NCBI GenBank assembly: GCA_038087875.1
Contig: JAXLNO010000438.1
Coordinates: 372,001-436,000, forward strand
Length of the DNA stretch: 64,000 bases
Direction: 5' to 3'
Source of the DNA: Malacoraja senta
Lineage: Eukaryota
In this document: positions 51,973 to 64,000 of the stretch, piece by piece
Layout of the letters: each line of letters opens with the position of its first letter
Numbering within the stretch: position 1 is the first letter of the stretch
Notes under the pieces: model-generated
Databases searched by the model: none
What the model was told of the DNA's origin: nothing
The model's input: only the letters and a program-made list of their open reading frames with translations
Translations under genes and position numbers: made by a program

Positions 51973-52038
51973 GCGCAAGAGAGAGACAGAGCACAAGAGA
52001 GAGAGAGAGAGAGAGAGAGCGCAAGAGAGAGAGAGAGA
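51886..52038. repeat. (GA)n microsatellite, perfect then interrupted
   Basis: Seen directly. Confidence 0.98.
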
Positions 52039-52249
52039 ACGAGCATCAGTAATGGGACTAAATATGATGAGACAGTGCCTTCGGAAGTGAGAGGAATGAA
52101 GAAAAGGAAATGATAACCATAGTCAGATCCGGGCAAATTCTGCTGGAAATCTACTGAAGGTCAATACCAGTGAGTTGATGACATAATCTCAAACAGCACA
52201 GAGATGCAGAGCTTTTGACATGTTAAACCAAGCTTACATCTCCCCCCCT

Positions 52250-52480
52250 CAGGCATAAAATATCCCATATGAAGAATAGGAGATTCCTTCCATGTTGTGG
52301 CCAATATTAATTCTTCAACAAACAACAACAAAAAACAGAAGATCTCATGGAAATTTGCTCTGTGTAATTTAAAAGGTTACTCCACATTATAATAAAGTCA
52401 ATATTTCAAACTAGTACACACAGTGCACATAGTAAAGCACTTTGGTAAAACCTGAGGTCATGAAAGGTTATTTAAATTCA
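52250..52480 (+). mobile_element. Ancient Deu-domain SINE remnant (SacSINE1/AmnSINE-like)
   Basis: tggccaatattaattcttcaacaaacaac and tail gtaaagcactttgg..cctgaggtcatgaaagg resemble the remembered DeuSINE body and tail. Confidence 0.55.
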
Positions 52481-55104
52481 TTTTCTGCCTTTATTAAAAA
52501 TTAATACCTGCAAGCTCTTTCTAGTTCTGGTAGCATTGCAATCCTATTTTTTTCTTGACTTTCAGCCAGTGTTTGCAATCAATCTATATTTCTGGGGCAG
52601 AACATTCCTGCATTTACCAAAGAATGCTAACCCTTCATTAAGAAACAGTGTCTTTTTCTGAATCTGATTTGCTGATGCATACTTTCAGGCAGATACTTTG
52701 ATCATTCAGATTGCAGATTTCTTCCTGCACGAAGGTAATGTAATTAAAGTTGAACGCAATTTGCTCACGACTTCTTTGTTTATTGATAAACAATGGCACA
52801 TTAAAACCGGGAAAAGTAGAAAGCATAGTTTTTCAACTCAATAACTCATGCAAGGAAATAAACAAGCACTAAAATTAAAGTAAATATTAAGTTGAATTTA
52901 CTGATCATGCAAGGTAGTCATGCAATAAGAGATGGAAGTAATAAGGTGCAGGTAAATAATGCTGGGGTGGACAAGAGGAATATAAAGTGAGGGAAAAGAA
53001 AACAACATGAAATTAGCTGTGAATTTTAAATGAACATATTTACATATTTAAATCCTAATTCCAACATCAAAAAAAATCACGGATTTAACGTATACCTGTT
53101 CATATTTTCTTCAAAGAATGTGTTACCAAATGATGTAACCACTATTTGGTTCTCAGTGGCAATCTGGTCATTCCCAGGTTAATGATACTCACATTTTTCA
53201 TTCTGTCCTTTATAACTGATCTATTAATCTTACCATTCACAGTGCTAGCACACACAAAAACACGTATTCTATATTTCTCCACTTTCTATCAGTGTCACAC
53301 AAGAAACACAATCTTGGACAACAGAAAACATTTAAATTAAGTGCAAAACCCCCCCCAAATTATAATGCTTTACGCTATATATTGCAGGCAAAATTCGTAC
53401 AAAGTTTGTGTTGAAGTTTAGGATATATATACCATCATCTTCAATACTGAAACAATAAGCTAATGAAACTAGATACTATTTTTTGTACAAAGTCAGTAAA
53501 TTAGGCAAGATATTAAATATATTTGTGTTACATAACATTTTCATTCCATTATCAAAAGGAAAATATTTTTGTGGTTGTCAGGTGAGTTCTATAAAACTAC
53601 TTTGCCTTTAATCAGTGAATTTATAATAGTGGCAGTCAGAATTCATGGGGAGATTGGAAAACAAAGTGCATCACCTTCCTAAGTAAGGCACCTGTAGCTT
53701 TAAATCATCACAGAAAAAAATCCAGCATAACACTTCATATCTGTTAAAGTCATGCTAAAGTTGCAATATCTCTTTGCTGGCAGGTTAACCTGGAGCCTGC
53801 AACATACAGGTCAATTTAAACGTTACCTCATGGATCCAAGCCTTCCTGAGTGCGTTCCCTTTTAGTTTTTCTTCCATTATTTGGAATTAATTCTTCTCTG
53901 TACTAACCCATGGATTATAGGGAGGCAAAGCTCCATGCAAAAACAAATTGCAGGGCTTGACTCCTTCTTACAGGGACTCACAACATAATGACCAGCTGAT
54001 GTAGAACTGAAACACATGAACAGTCCCTGTCAGCATATGCAAGTAAAATGCCAACTTCTAAACGAATAATCAAATGGCATTGCTTTTAAAAATCAAGGGA
54101 CAAGTTATTGCAATTTTCATTAGATTGCAAAATATTATTGAACTTGCATTTACGCCAAAAAAAGATATTGCAGTTTTAGTCATTACATTAAACCTATCAA
54201 ACTCCTTAATCTTTGAATAAAAGTCACTACTTGTTGTTTTGAACACTCAAACAAAATAGATTTGGGTCCCATCACTATTGCGATCTATCAATCCAGGCAT
54301 GTATGTAACATAAACACCAGAATAGCAAATTTATATTAATTAATCTATTAGAAGTGTGTCTCTTTTCTTCAGATTAGTTTAGAAAACGTACACTGAAGAC
54401 ATGTTTCAATTGAGTGTGAACAATTGAGCTTTCTCTGAAAACAAATTGCAGGCTGTTGTATATGAATCAGACATAGCAAATACGAGTCTTTGCAGGGAAC
54501 ACGCAGAGAAAGAACCATTTCTAACCTCTGCAAACCAACTGGTAACTGTTTGCGGTAAATATCCTGCTTATGATGAATCGTCATGGATATTGTGCTTGGT
54601 ATGATCAAAACACAGGGTGATAATTATGGAAAAATACATTACTTTTTCAAATGTATTGGTCAATGTTAATGATTAATATCTTTATTTTTGTAACCACAGA
54701 CAAAAAAGCAAATTACATGAAATGTTGCTCTTCATCTGATTTGCTGTGTTTTATTTAAGTCAGTTTGAGCTCTGCTCAGTTTAACTGCTACACAATGTCC
54801 AAATTTCTCTGTTTAAGTTGCCCAACATGTTGGTCAAACATGGAGTGACATTGTTGCTACTGATGGAGATGTGAGCATCCAGCTTGGTTTTCTACATGCA
54901 GGTGATTGACCACAGGGATAGAGGGAGGAGAGAGGAAGAAGGGTACAAAGAGAGAGAGAGAGTGAGAAAATCAGTCAAATAAACACAGCCACACTTTGTG
55001 AACGCGTATAGAAGATAACAGTTAGCAATAGAAGCTTTCCTTATCTATAAAAACTCTATATTTAAAAAAAAAATTATAATGTGGATTATGAAAAAGGCCA
55101 AGTT

Positions 55105-55349
55105 TCATGGACGGTATATCTTAATGACATCCTTTATGACTCTCCTGCAGATAGGGCAGCAGGCATTGATTTGCTTCTTCAGCTTAAGACCACATTCGTA
55201 GCAGAGACACATATGTCCACAGGTGTAAATAACCGTATCGACCTCACTGTCAAAGCAAACAGCACACTCGCCGTTTTTGCTGTCTGGTGGATCGGGTGGG
55301 GAGAAGGACGGTGACAACTGAGGGCTCAGTGGGGAGCTGGGCGCAGTCA
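55105..55349 (-). CDS. NEURL1B: Last coding exon of neuralized E3 ubiquitin ligase 1B (RING finger)
   Basis: (V)TAPSSPLSP...[58 protein letters not shown]3HC4 RING; acceptor ttttccacAG at 55350-55351; phase matches the upstream exon. Confidence 0.95.
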
Positions 55350-56346
55350 CTGTGGAAAACAGGAAAAAAGCATTGTCAACCATACTCAAAGCTACATTGC
55401 GGCCAAAAAAGCAAAAATGTCTACTCCTGAATAAGAAGTCTATGAAGCAGAACAAAAAGAGCATTTACAAAGTATTGAAATTCTTATCTGCTCTTTGGTA
55501 TTACAAAAAAACAGATGAAAAGATTAATGTCCACAGTCTTACGCAGAAGTAACACATGGTCATACGGTTCTAAAAATGTCAAGGAATTACTCATTCAAAA
55601 ATGCAAAATGTTGCCATGTTTTTATACCTAACTTATTTCAAACTTTATATTTTGTTAACAAAAAAATTCCTCGACCTGGAACCAGTAAATTTGTAAAGCT
55701 GTCTTTCTGCGCCTAATGAATGTTTTGAATGTTTGGGACTGGCATTTGGTGTAAAATGCCTGGTTTCACTGACCATGCTCACTGAATAAAGGAACTTTAT
55801 CAACTATCTACAACTCCTGCATCCAAGACATGCTGAATTGCTGACTATTTTACTTTTCATATTAGACATAATTATAACCCATCGGTGGCTAAATGAAGCA
55901 GGATGGCTGGATCAAGTCTTCTGTGATTGAGGGAGATGCATTACTTTATAAATGCCAAGATTAAGATGGCATGATCTTGTATTGCACATTGAAACATTTG
56001 TAATGAACTACCTTTCTATTACCCAAAAATAACATTAAAAAAAAGTTGAGGTATCCACTGGTTATTCCACTTCCTGGAAAGGCAGACCAAGTTGCATTAT
56101 TGCAATTCCATTGTTGCCAGCTTGCCGGGCAATCTATCCATGAATGAGCACAGAATGAGTACAAAATAAGCAGAAACTTTGCTCCCTCTTACTAAGGGGC
56201 AGTTTAAAAGCATTCTCTTCTGTTCCTGTCATTAGCTCTGAACTCAAGCCACACTTCCACCTCTACTGATGCGGGGTCTTGACCTGAAATGTTGACTGTC
56301 TTCCTGCCTCCCCAGATGCTGCCTGACCTGCTGAGTTCCTCCAGCA

Positions 56347-56476
56347 AATGGACACAAAATGCTGGAGTAACTCAGCGGGACGGACAGCATCTCTGGAGAT
56401 GCTGCCTGTCCCGCTGAGTTACTCCAGCATTTTGTGTCTATCTTCGGTTTAAACCAACCAAGCGGATCCTTCCTAC
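56347..56476. mobile_element. Fold-back Penelope-tail element inserted into an older Penelope-tail copy
   Basis: Near-perfect inverted arms 56352-56438; exact 14 bp repeat GAGTTCCTCCAGCA at 56333-56346 and 56477-56490. Confidence 0.85.
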
Positions 56477-56751
56477 GAGTTCCTCCAGCAGTTTGGGTTT
56501 CATTTTTCACTCTGCCTATCTCCCCGTCCACTGTCTGAAACTGAGCCAGTCTGCTCACAAGCTCATCTCTGGCTATCATTAGTTCTGTTTTGTTGTTCCT
56601 TTGCAACCTCACACAACCTTTTGTCCTCAACCCATGTGCTGCTGATATCTTTATGCATGTCTTTTTTATGCCAGATTTACTAATTCCTATGCACTCCCAG
56701 CTGCTCTTTCACGTTCTCCCCTCACCTGAATCTCCACTGGCTGTGTTCTTA

Positions 56752-56985
56752 AGGGCCTGTCCCACAGCGATTTTTTCGGCGACTGCCGGCATCATTGACT
56801 GACTTATCAGGTTACCAAAAAATTTGCGGCGTGACGTGGCGTGATGACGTATTGACGCGCAGTGTTTTGTCAAGTGTCGCAACATTTTTTTTGTCGCCGC
56901 TGGATTTTGAAATGTTCAAAATCTTTTGGCAACACTGATATGATGCCGGCAGTCGCCGAAAAAATCGGCAAGTGGGACAGGCCCT
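56752..56985. mobile_element. PIF/Harbinger-type MITE (third interior type) in NEURL1B last intron
   Basis: AGGGCCTGTCCCAC termini plus inverted cgattttttcggcgactgccggcatca; flanks TTA / TTT. Confidence 0.85.
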
Positions 56986-58039
56986 TTTCTTGCACCGTTG
57001 AGTTCACCATTCATTCCCCTGTGCAGTTACCTACACTGGCCACACAAAACAAAATCTAATCTTGATTTTGAATCCATCCATTATTTTGCATCCCAATCAT
57101 CTCCTCCAGTGCTGAAACCCTCCGGACTGTTTTTTCCATTCCTGAATGTATCTGTTTCATTATACCCTTCATTTGTAAAGTTCATAAGCCCTGAAATTCC
57201 CTTCCTAACTCTCTTCAATTCTCTACCTTGCTTCCTACCTTTAATTCACCAATGAATTGGTAAGCAGTTTAGTCATCGGTTCCAAATCTACTTTAGTGGC
57301 TCCTCACGTTAAATTTTATTCGATTATTCTGGTAAATGGCCTTGGGATGCAATGCAAATTGTGATTGCTCAGCTGACTAATCTGTGTCCTGAATTTAAAC
57401 ATGTTTAATAAAAAAATAGGTAGAAGTTTTTCCAGGCATTGCAGAGGACTCTGCTTTGCAAGGGATTGTGCTGTCCTGTTTGTGCGGGCATTGACACACC
57501 ATATTCCTGCGTTTGATAGTATTTTATTTATTTTGATAATGTCATGCAGAAGGTGGAATATGATGAGATTTGGGCAGGTCATTGTGGTCAGAGAAATTGC
57601 TGGAGTCCAGAGCCTGGAATAACGTAGCTGAAAAATTATATGGATATATCAGTATAAAAAGTCATCACGTGTCAGGGCTGAGGACAACACAGAATCAGAA
57701 CAATGAAAGTACTTTGCAAATATTCCTTTAGATGGCACTCATGGTTTTCCTTTCCATGCAGTGACCTCGTCTTAAACAGTTTTTCTCCAGGAAATTCACT
57801 TTGGCATTATCATAATCTGTTGTAAAATTCCCATGACATTGACAGTCCTTTGGCCTCCATGTCTATTTCTGTTTAAGTAAAGAATAGTCCATGAACCTTA
57901 TTCATCACATAGCAACATACAGCAGGACTCTCCAGTTGTACAAATATAGGCTTTCTTTCTTTGTTGATAAGAACTGACCTTGCACACAATTCAAATTTTG
58001 CTAATGGTAAAATATGTGAAAATAAACAGTTGTTTCTGA

Positions 58040-59305
58040 AGTGGTTTTCATTACAAATGTCAGGTTCACCCGACTCCCATTATGATCCACGGCTCCCTGT
58101 ATTCTTTTTAATGATACCCAATGCAAGCTGGAGGAACAGCATCTAATTTTCCATCTAAGCACATTGCAGCATTTGAACACAATATTGAATTTCAACAATT
58201 ACAGTTAACCCAGTTTCTCAGTATCAGAACTAATATAGACCATCCACCTACAAAATTCACACAGCTTTCCTCTTTCCACTACTTGTGTCTGGCATGCTGG
58301 CAATGTCCTACAACTCTGGCTTGCATTTCATAGCTTTTAACATGTTTCTTTGTTGTCTCCCACTCTATCAACCAGGTGGCTCCATCCACTTATTTTATCA
58401 CTATGGTAACCCTGTCCTCACCTTATCAGAAAAACCTCTTCCACTTCCCCATCCTCTCCAACTTAAAACTAACTTTTGCTTTCTCTCAGCCCGTTTGAGA
58501 CGTCACCAATCCACTGATGCTGCTCAGCCTGCTGAGTTCTTCCAGATTCCAGCCTCGGCAATTTGTTTATTTGTTTACTCTCTTTTCAGCTCTCCCAGGT
58601 AGATCAGGCAAGCATGCCTTTAGTATGTTGGGGAGGTACTGTAGGCAGAGCCACTGCCTCACTGCTCCATTGACCAGGGTTCATTCCTTATCCTGGAAGC
58701 TGTCTATGTGGAGTCTGAACTTTCTCCCAATCATCACGTGAATGTCCTCTAGGTGTTGTGGCTTTCTCCCACTGAGCAAAGAAGTGAGGATCGGTAGACC
58801 AATTGGCTGCAATGAATTGCCCCTGGTGTGTCACTGAGTGGTAATATTTGTGAATAGTTTTTGAGAATGTAGGGAGTTTAATGAGTTTAATGCGTAGGAA
58901 GGAACCGCAAATGCTGTTTTTCCCCTGAAGATAGACACAAAATACTCATTACTGGAATAAGTAACTCATACTGGAATAACTTGGCAGGTCAGGCAGCATC
59001 TCTGGAGAAAAGGAATAGATGGCGCTTCAGGTCGAGACCCATCTCCAGACTGAGAGAGGTGAGAGGGAAACCAGAGTTTATTAAAAGGTTCAGAACAAAT
59101 CCGAGGCGGCACCGATGACCAATGAAAGGTGGGGGGTACAATGGTCCATTGTTGGCTGTGGAAGAGGTGATAACGAAGGGATGCAAACAATGGAACTAGC
59201 AGGATGACCAAGGTGGAGGAGGAGCGGAAAGAGAGGGAATGCAAGGGTTATTTGAATTAGAGAAATCAATACATACTGCTGGGTTGTCAGCTGCCCAAGC
59301 GAATG
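58040..59305. mobile_element. Cluster of old Penelope 3' fragments (+ 58040-58560; - 58890-59305) with a SINE remnant between
   Basis: KLEEQHLIF..NIEF peptide and tail motifs matching 6440-6719. Confidence 0.7.
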
Positions 59306-60334
59306 TAGGGTAGCATAAAAGGGTGGTTGATGGTTAGCTTGGATAAGATATTTTTAAGGCAGAGATAGATAGATTCTTGATTAGTATGGATGTCAGAGGT
59401 TATGAAGAAAAGGCAGGAGAGTGGAGTTAGGAGCGAGAGATAGATCAGCCATGATTGAATGGAGGAGCCGAATGACCTGTTTCTGTGCACTATCTCTATA
59501 GCCTTATACCCAGGCTCAACAGTTGTTAAAGCTGTAGCACAAATTGACAATTTAGTTGTTGGTTTTGACATCCATAAACATTAAAAAGAAGCCTGGAAGT
59601 ATTACAACTTTACAATAACATTTAAATTTAATGATAGCATGTCACTGTGGTTTTAATTTAGCCAGTATGCTCCCATTAAGTTCCAGTGCAAACAGCCCAT
59701 GGTCAATTGACTTTTGTTTTTTTCTCAGTTGCCATAGCATCAACTGAGGCACTTTGTTAAAATTAGAGATTTGCTTGAAATTGTGGGAGGACAATTATCC
59801 GCCCGCTATGATATTACAACGTATAACTTAAAAGACTCTGCCAAACAACAAATTAAATTAAAAAAATAACAATGGCATGTGTTTTAAGTTGACTGAGTTC
59901 AGTGATAGGCCATAGAGAACATATCCAATTTGACATCCTCAATCTACTTCTTTCAACTACTCACTTCCACCATTTAACACAAAGCAGCCACTTTTAATTC
60001 ATTAATATGATCATTCCCTACACCAGTCACTGTTGTAGAAAAGGCATGCAAGAAAACATAGTGTTGTTGAACTGTGCTGACAGAAAACTGAGAGCACACA
60101 AAATATTTCTGTGCAGGGCCCTTGCAAATGGAGCAATGATAGTTTTATCCAGCTGTCAATTCAGCCAAAAGGTGAGTTAGTACACAGACTACCTCTTGCT
60201 GTAACTGAAATGTTATATAATTAGTCACAAATATTATATAATTAGTTCCAATACTATTTTGGGAAGCACGTTTTCAATCATATGGAAAATAGGGTGTGTT
60301 ATTTTTATCTGAACGAGTGTACATTTTTACTTAC

Positions 60335-60460
60335 CCAGAGATGATTCAGATGCAGATGAAGACCGATTAACACTGAAAGCCATGTCAGAGTCACTGTCAT
60401 AGTGGGATCCACCCGGAGAACCTGAAGGAGATACATCCACAGGGGTCGACTGGGATGTAC
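60335..60460 (-). CDS. NEURL1B: Penultimate coding exon of NEURL1B (126 nt, Ser-rich linker)
   Basis: ccctttacAG / GTAAGT boundaries; (G)TSQSTPVDVSPSGSPGGSHYDSDSDMAFSVNRSSSASESSL(V) splices in frame to the last exon. Absent from the ORF track. Confidence 0.93.
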
Positions 60461-63400
60461 CTGTAAAGGGGATAATACTTCCTGTGAGTACTTTTCATTT
60501 GATGCACATTTTTCTTATAATTCTCAACATGGGCCTGGACAGTTTCATGATATCAATTCTGTTGCAAATGCACATCGTGCATGGTTTAAAAAAAATATTG
60601 CAATGTACCTTTGGGTAAAAAGAAGAGATATCTATATTTAACTTCTACCGATACAAACTTACTTTAATTATTGAGGCCACGGCAAAAAGACAAATACATT
60701 GTTCTCAGCCTATTTAAATGGCCTATATTGGCAATAAGCTTTGTGGCTGATGGTGGCACTAAACAGTTTTGTTTTGTGAGTATATCAAGACAATGGTGAC
60801 TAGCTCTGGGAAATAGAATGCATTCTGGTTTGGACAATCAGGGACCATTTTGGCAGCACACCAAGGACAAATGCCCAACATCGAGAAGAAAAGTGAAACC
60901 TTCTCTGCTCTGCTCTAATAATGTCTTGATATTAACCTCATGGGAGTACCGCCAGAGCATGTTAACATCTATTCCATATCAGCTTGATCTATATTTTGTA
61001 TTTGTTATTAAACAGAACTGAGGTTTGTGGCAGCACCAAAGAATAAAATGTATGTTATTGTATTCATCATGTTTGTACCAAATGTATTGGCACCAAGCCT
61101 TTATCAACAATTCCAGGCACTACAGTTAATACAAACCACTTTACACTTCTTTTTCCAACTAAATGCTATTTCAGTTACAGCAAGAGAGTACCCCAACCAA
61201 AGCGCCTAACTATAGGAGAAAGTCTGGCATTTATTCCCATCTGGCTGTGTCTTGCTGGTCTAGGTCAGTATTTTATCCAGGTTAGCATCATTTGCTCAGT
61301 ATTAGCTTAGTATTTCCTTAGTATCAGCAAATACTACTACTAATAATAATAAACCCTACCTCCATATATTATCTAATGCTGATCAATGCTTGGTGTCCAT
61401 AAAAGGGATCAACAGCATGTTTAAGATTGTTGTACACTCTCAATATTCAGCAGGGTTAGGGGAACAGAAAATGGAGATACCACTTAGACTGCTGGTAATT
61501 ACCTCTTCATAGATATAACTTGTATGTAAAGAAGTTTCATCTTATGTTTTTCTGCTTTTCAATGCATCCAGACCCTACTTCCCCTCATACCTGGCCAACA
61601 CACTCTCTTGACCAACCTCCTATGTTCCTAACACATTCCTGCCCCATGCACCTCCAAAATGAATTTGAAGCGTAACCTTGAATGGATCTCGGCAATATGT
61701 GGATCTGCAAACAGGAAGTCAGCAGATAATGAGGCCATTGTACATTTATCTCGAACTTTGGGACAATAGGATTCAGATCATTTATGTAAAACGCTATAAA
61801 TTCTCAGACTATGTTTGGATTGGCTTCCGTGTGGTTTTAATTGTACACACAGGTATTACAATCATATATCAAAGTGCCAAGTAATATTTGACGCATCAGC
61901 ATTAAATTTAGATTGAACTGGAGATATGGTCTTTAAATCTGCCCAAGTGAGGACATATTTTAGCTCTTAGGGCTAACAGAATCATGGGTAAAAGCAGGAT
62001 CTATTATGTCTACTCAATGAAATTACTATAATGAGACCCTGTTTTTTCCAAGCCAAATGGGTACAGAAAGTTTCAAAGATCTGTTTTCATAAATCTGTTC
62101 TTCCCTCTGCACAGGCAAATATTCATTCCTCAACTGACAACATGCACAGAAAACACAATGTAGATCTTGAACAGAGTTTGAATTAAAATAGGTAATTGCT
62201 CATTAAGACTCAATTCAAAGTCAAGATTTATATTCCATGTACTAATCTTTTATGTCATTTGAAAATGAGACTCATATTTGAAATGTTACTGAATATTATA
62301 AAAGTGGCATGTGCGATCATGTATAAATGAGGTAACAGATGGAGCATTCAGGACCAAAAGATATTGATTGACTTGCAATGGCTCCAGAGAAAATCAGCTG
62401 CTCAGAATCAAAATAATTTATGATAATGAACTCAAACAGGGTGGCATAATTCTCTAATGAATATAATTTACAATTCTGTTTGATTTATTTCAGATGATCT
62501 GTCTCAAGCCATTTAATGTTTAAATAAAATGTGAAAAAGATTACTTGTTTTTCATGGAATTGTTCAAAATCCTAACTACCTTTTGTTTCAAAACTGCAAT
62601 TGTTATCTAGCAAAGGCAGACAGATAAATAAAGCAATCCGCGAGCAATGAACTGAGGGCCAGTAAAGAGATGGCTTCAACATGAACTAACTAGTGCTTTC
62701 AAGAACATGACGACTTCTGTTAAAGTTCATATAGTTTAACTGTTCACCATGGTCAATGTTACATCAAAAATATACAATCATAAGTTCAGAGGTTCATAAG
62801 TTCTAGGAGCAGAATAAGGCCATTTGGCCCATCAAGTCTGCTATGCCATTCGATCATGGCTGATCTAGCTTTCCCTCTCAACCCCATTCCCCTGCCTTCA
62901 CCCCATAGCCCCTGACACACTTACCAATCAAAATTCTGTTAATCTCCGCCTTAAGGAGAAGGAAGAACTTTTATATAAAACATTTTTATTTAAATATGTT
63001 ATTAAGGATGGCCACTGAAAAAAAGATGCATAAATTATTTCAAAATCACCTCAAGAGGCAACTGAGTATTTTTCTGTGGATAGAATATAAAACAGGGACA
63101 TTCAGTGGTTTTGAAACTACCTGTGATCTTTTTTGACTCAATGTTTTTTTCTTGCTCTTAGAATCTTTGGGTGAAACAGAAAAGTTGAACAGGAGAGTGA
63201 AAAAAGGAACGTGGAAGAAACACAAAAATAATAGGAAAGTTTCAGAAAAATACAAATATTAGCAACAAGGGATTAGGACTAGTTCTGGGCAGCTTGGTGA
63301 CCCAACCTGTTACAGCTGCTGCCTCACAGCCATGGGTGTGGATTCATTCGTGATCTCTATTGCTGTCTGTGTGTAGTCTGTTCTCTCTATGAATGTATGG

Positions 63401-63489
63401 GTTTTCAAATGGGTGCTTTAATTTCTTACACATGGAAAAAAACCATGCAAGCTGGCAGGTTAATAACCCATCCCCCACAGCTGAAAGCA

Positions 63490-63980
63490 AAACATAAAGT
63501 GGTGAATTGACTCAGCGATTCAGTAAGCATGTGCAGAGGGATACGCGATGCTTCGGGCTGGGACTCTTCTTCAAAATGATTGTAGTAGGGGAAGGGGGGT
63601 GGGGGAAGCAGGAAAAGAGAAGTGGGGAGGGAGAAAGCCTGGCAAGTGATAGGTGGACACAGGTGAGGGGGGGTCACATTGGCACATGGGTGGAGTAAGT
63701 GACATGGGCTCAAGATGAAAAAGAAAAACAGTCAGGAAAGGGAAGAATATAGGTGGAAGGGGATGGGAGGAGGGAAGAGGGGCAGGATAATGGGACAAAT
63801 AGGTGAAGACCTGGATGGATGGGTAATGGGGAAGAGAGAGCAGGAAGGGGAGTATTACTTAAAATTCAATGCTCGTACCGCTGTGCGATGTGCGGAAAAT
63901 GCTGGAGTAACTCAGCATCAACTGGCTCGCAGATTTACTCCAGCATTTTGTTTCTATGTTTGGTATAAACCAGAATCTTG
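63490..63980. mobile_element. Old Penelope 3' fragment (-) and a short fold-back tail element
   Basis: Purine-rich tract with an antisense decayed hammerhead-like core at ~63545-63575; inverted aaaatgctggagtaa..ttactccagcatttt at 63896-63949. Confidence 0.6.
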
Positions 63981-64000
63981 CTATTTATTAAATAATAATA

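Larger units (their letters stand above)
48780..55104 (-). other. Putative long 3' UTR of NEURL1B; candidate distal AATAAA at 48795-48800
   Basis: Repeat-poor AT-rich tract from the stop codon up to where the TE field begins; alternative AATAAA sites at ~49974 and ~52490. Confidence 0.45.

Noticed and set aside
51666..52136. ORFs with RERERE / SLSLSL repeats
   Set aside because: Translation of a (GA)n microsatellite.
55350..55464. N-terminal part of the 119-aa RING ORF as a standalone gene
   Set aside because: It is intron read-through; a canonical acceptor and an in-frame upstream exon explain the real structure.

Overview
Vertebrate genomic DNA, inferred to be a cartilaginous fish (skate/ray-like) from its repeat content: CR1 LINEs, HE1/V-SINE-like elements, Penelope, Rex1 and DIRS. 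Two host genes face each other tail-to-tail. On + is the end of the last coding exon of an SH3PXD2 (Tks) gene, best read as SH3PXD2B (1-141). On - are the last two coding exons of NEURL1B (60335-60460 and 55105-55349). The ~43 kb between their putative 3' UTRs is a nested transposon field. It holds a structurally complete but decayed DIRS retrotransposon (23102-27838), three large young CR1 copies, a near full-length Rex1 and a truncated Penelope element whose 3' end carries a minimal hammerhead ribozyme-like motif. It also holds five PIF/Harbinger-type elements (one 2.55 kb with heterogeneous cargo), short fold-back elements built from the Penelope tail and flanked by long TSDs, RTE/L2/Tx1 remnants, SINEs and a 200-N gap. 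Three CTCF-like motifs lie in divergent orientation. Most small ORFs in the track are spurious or TE-derived. No database search was run; family assignments rest on remembered motifs.
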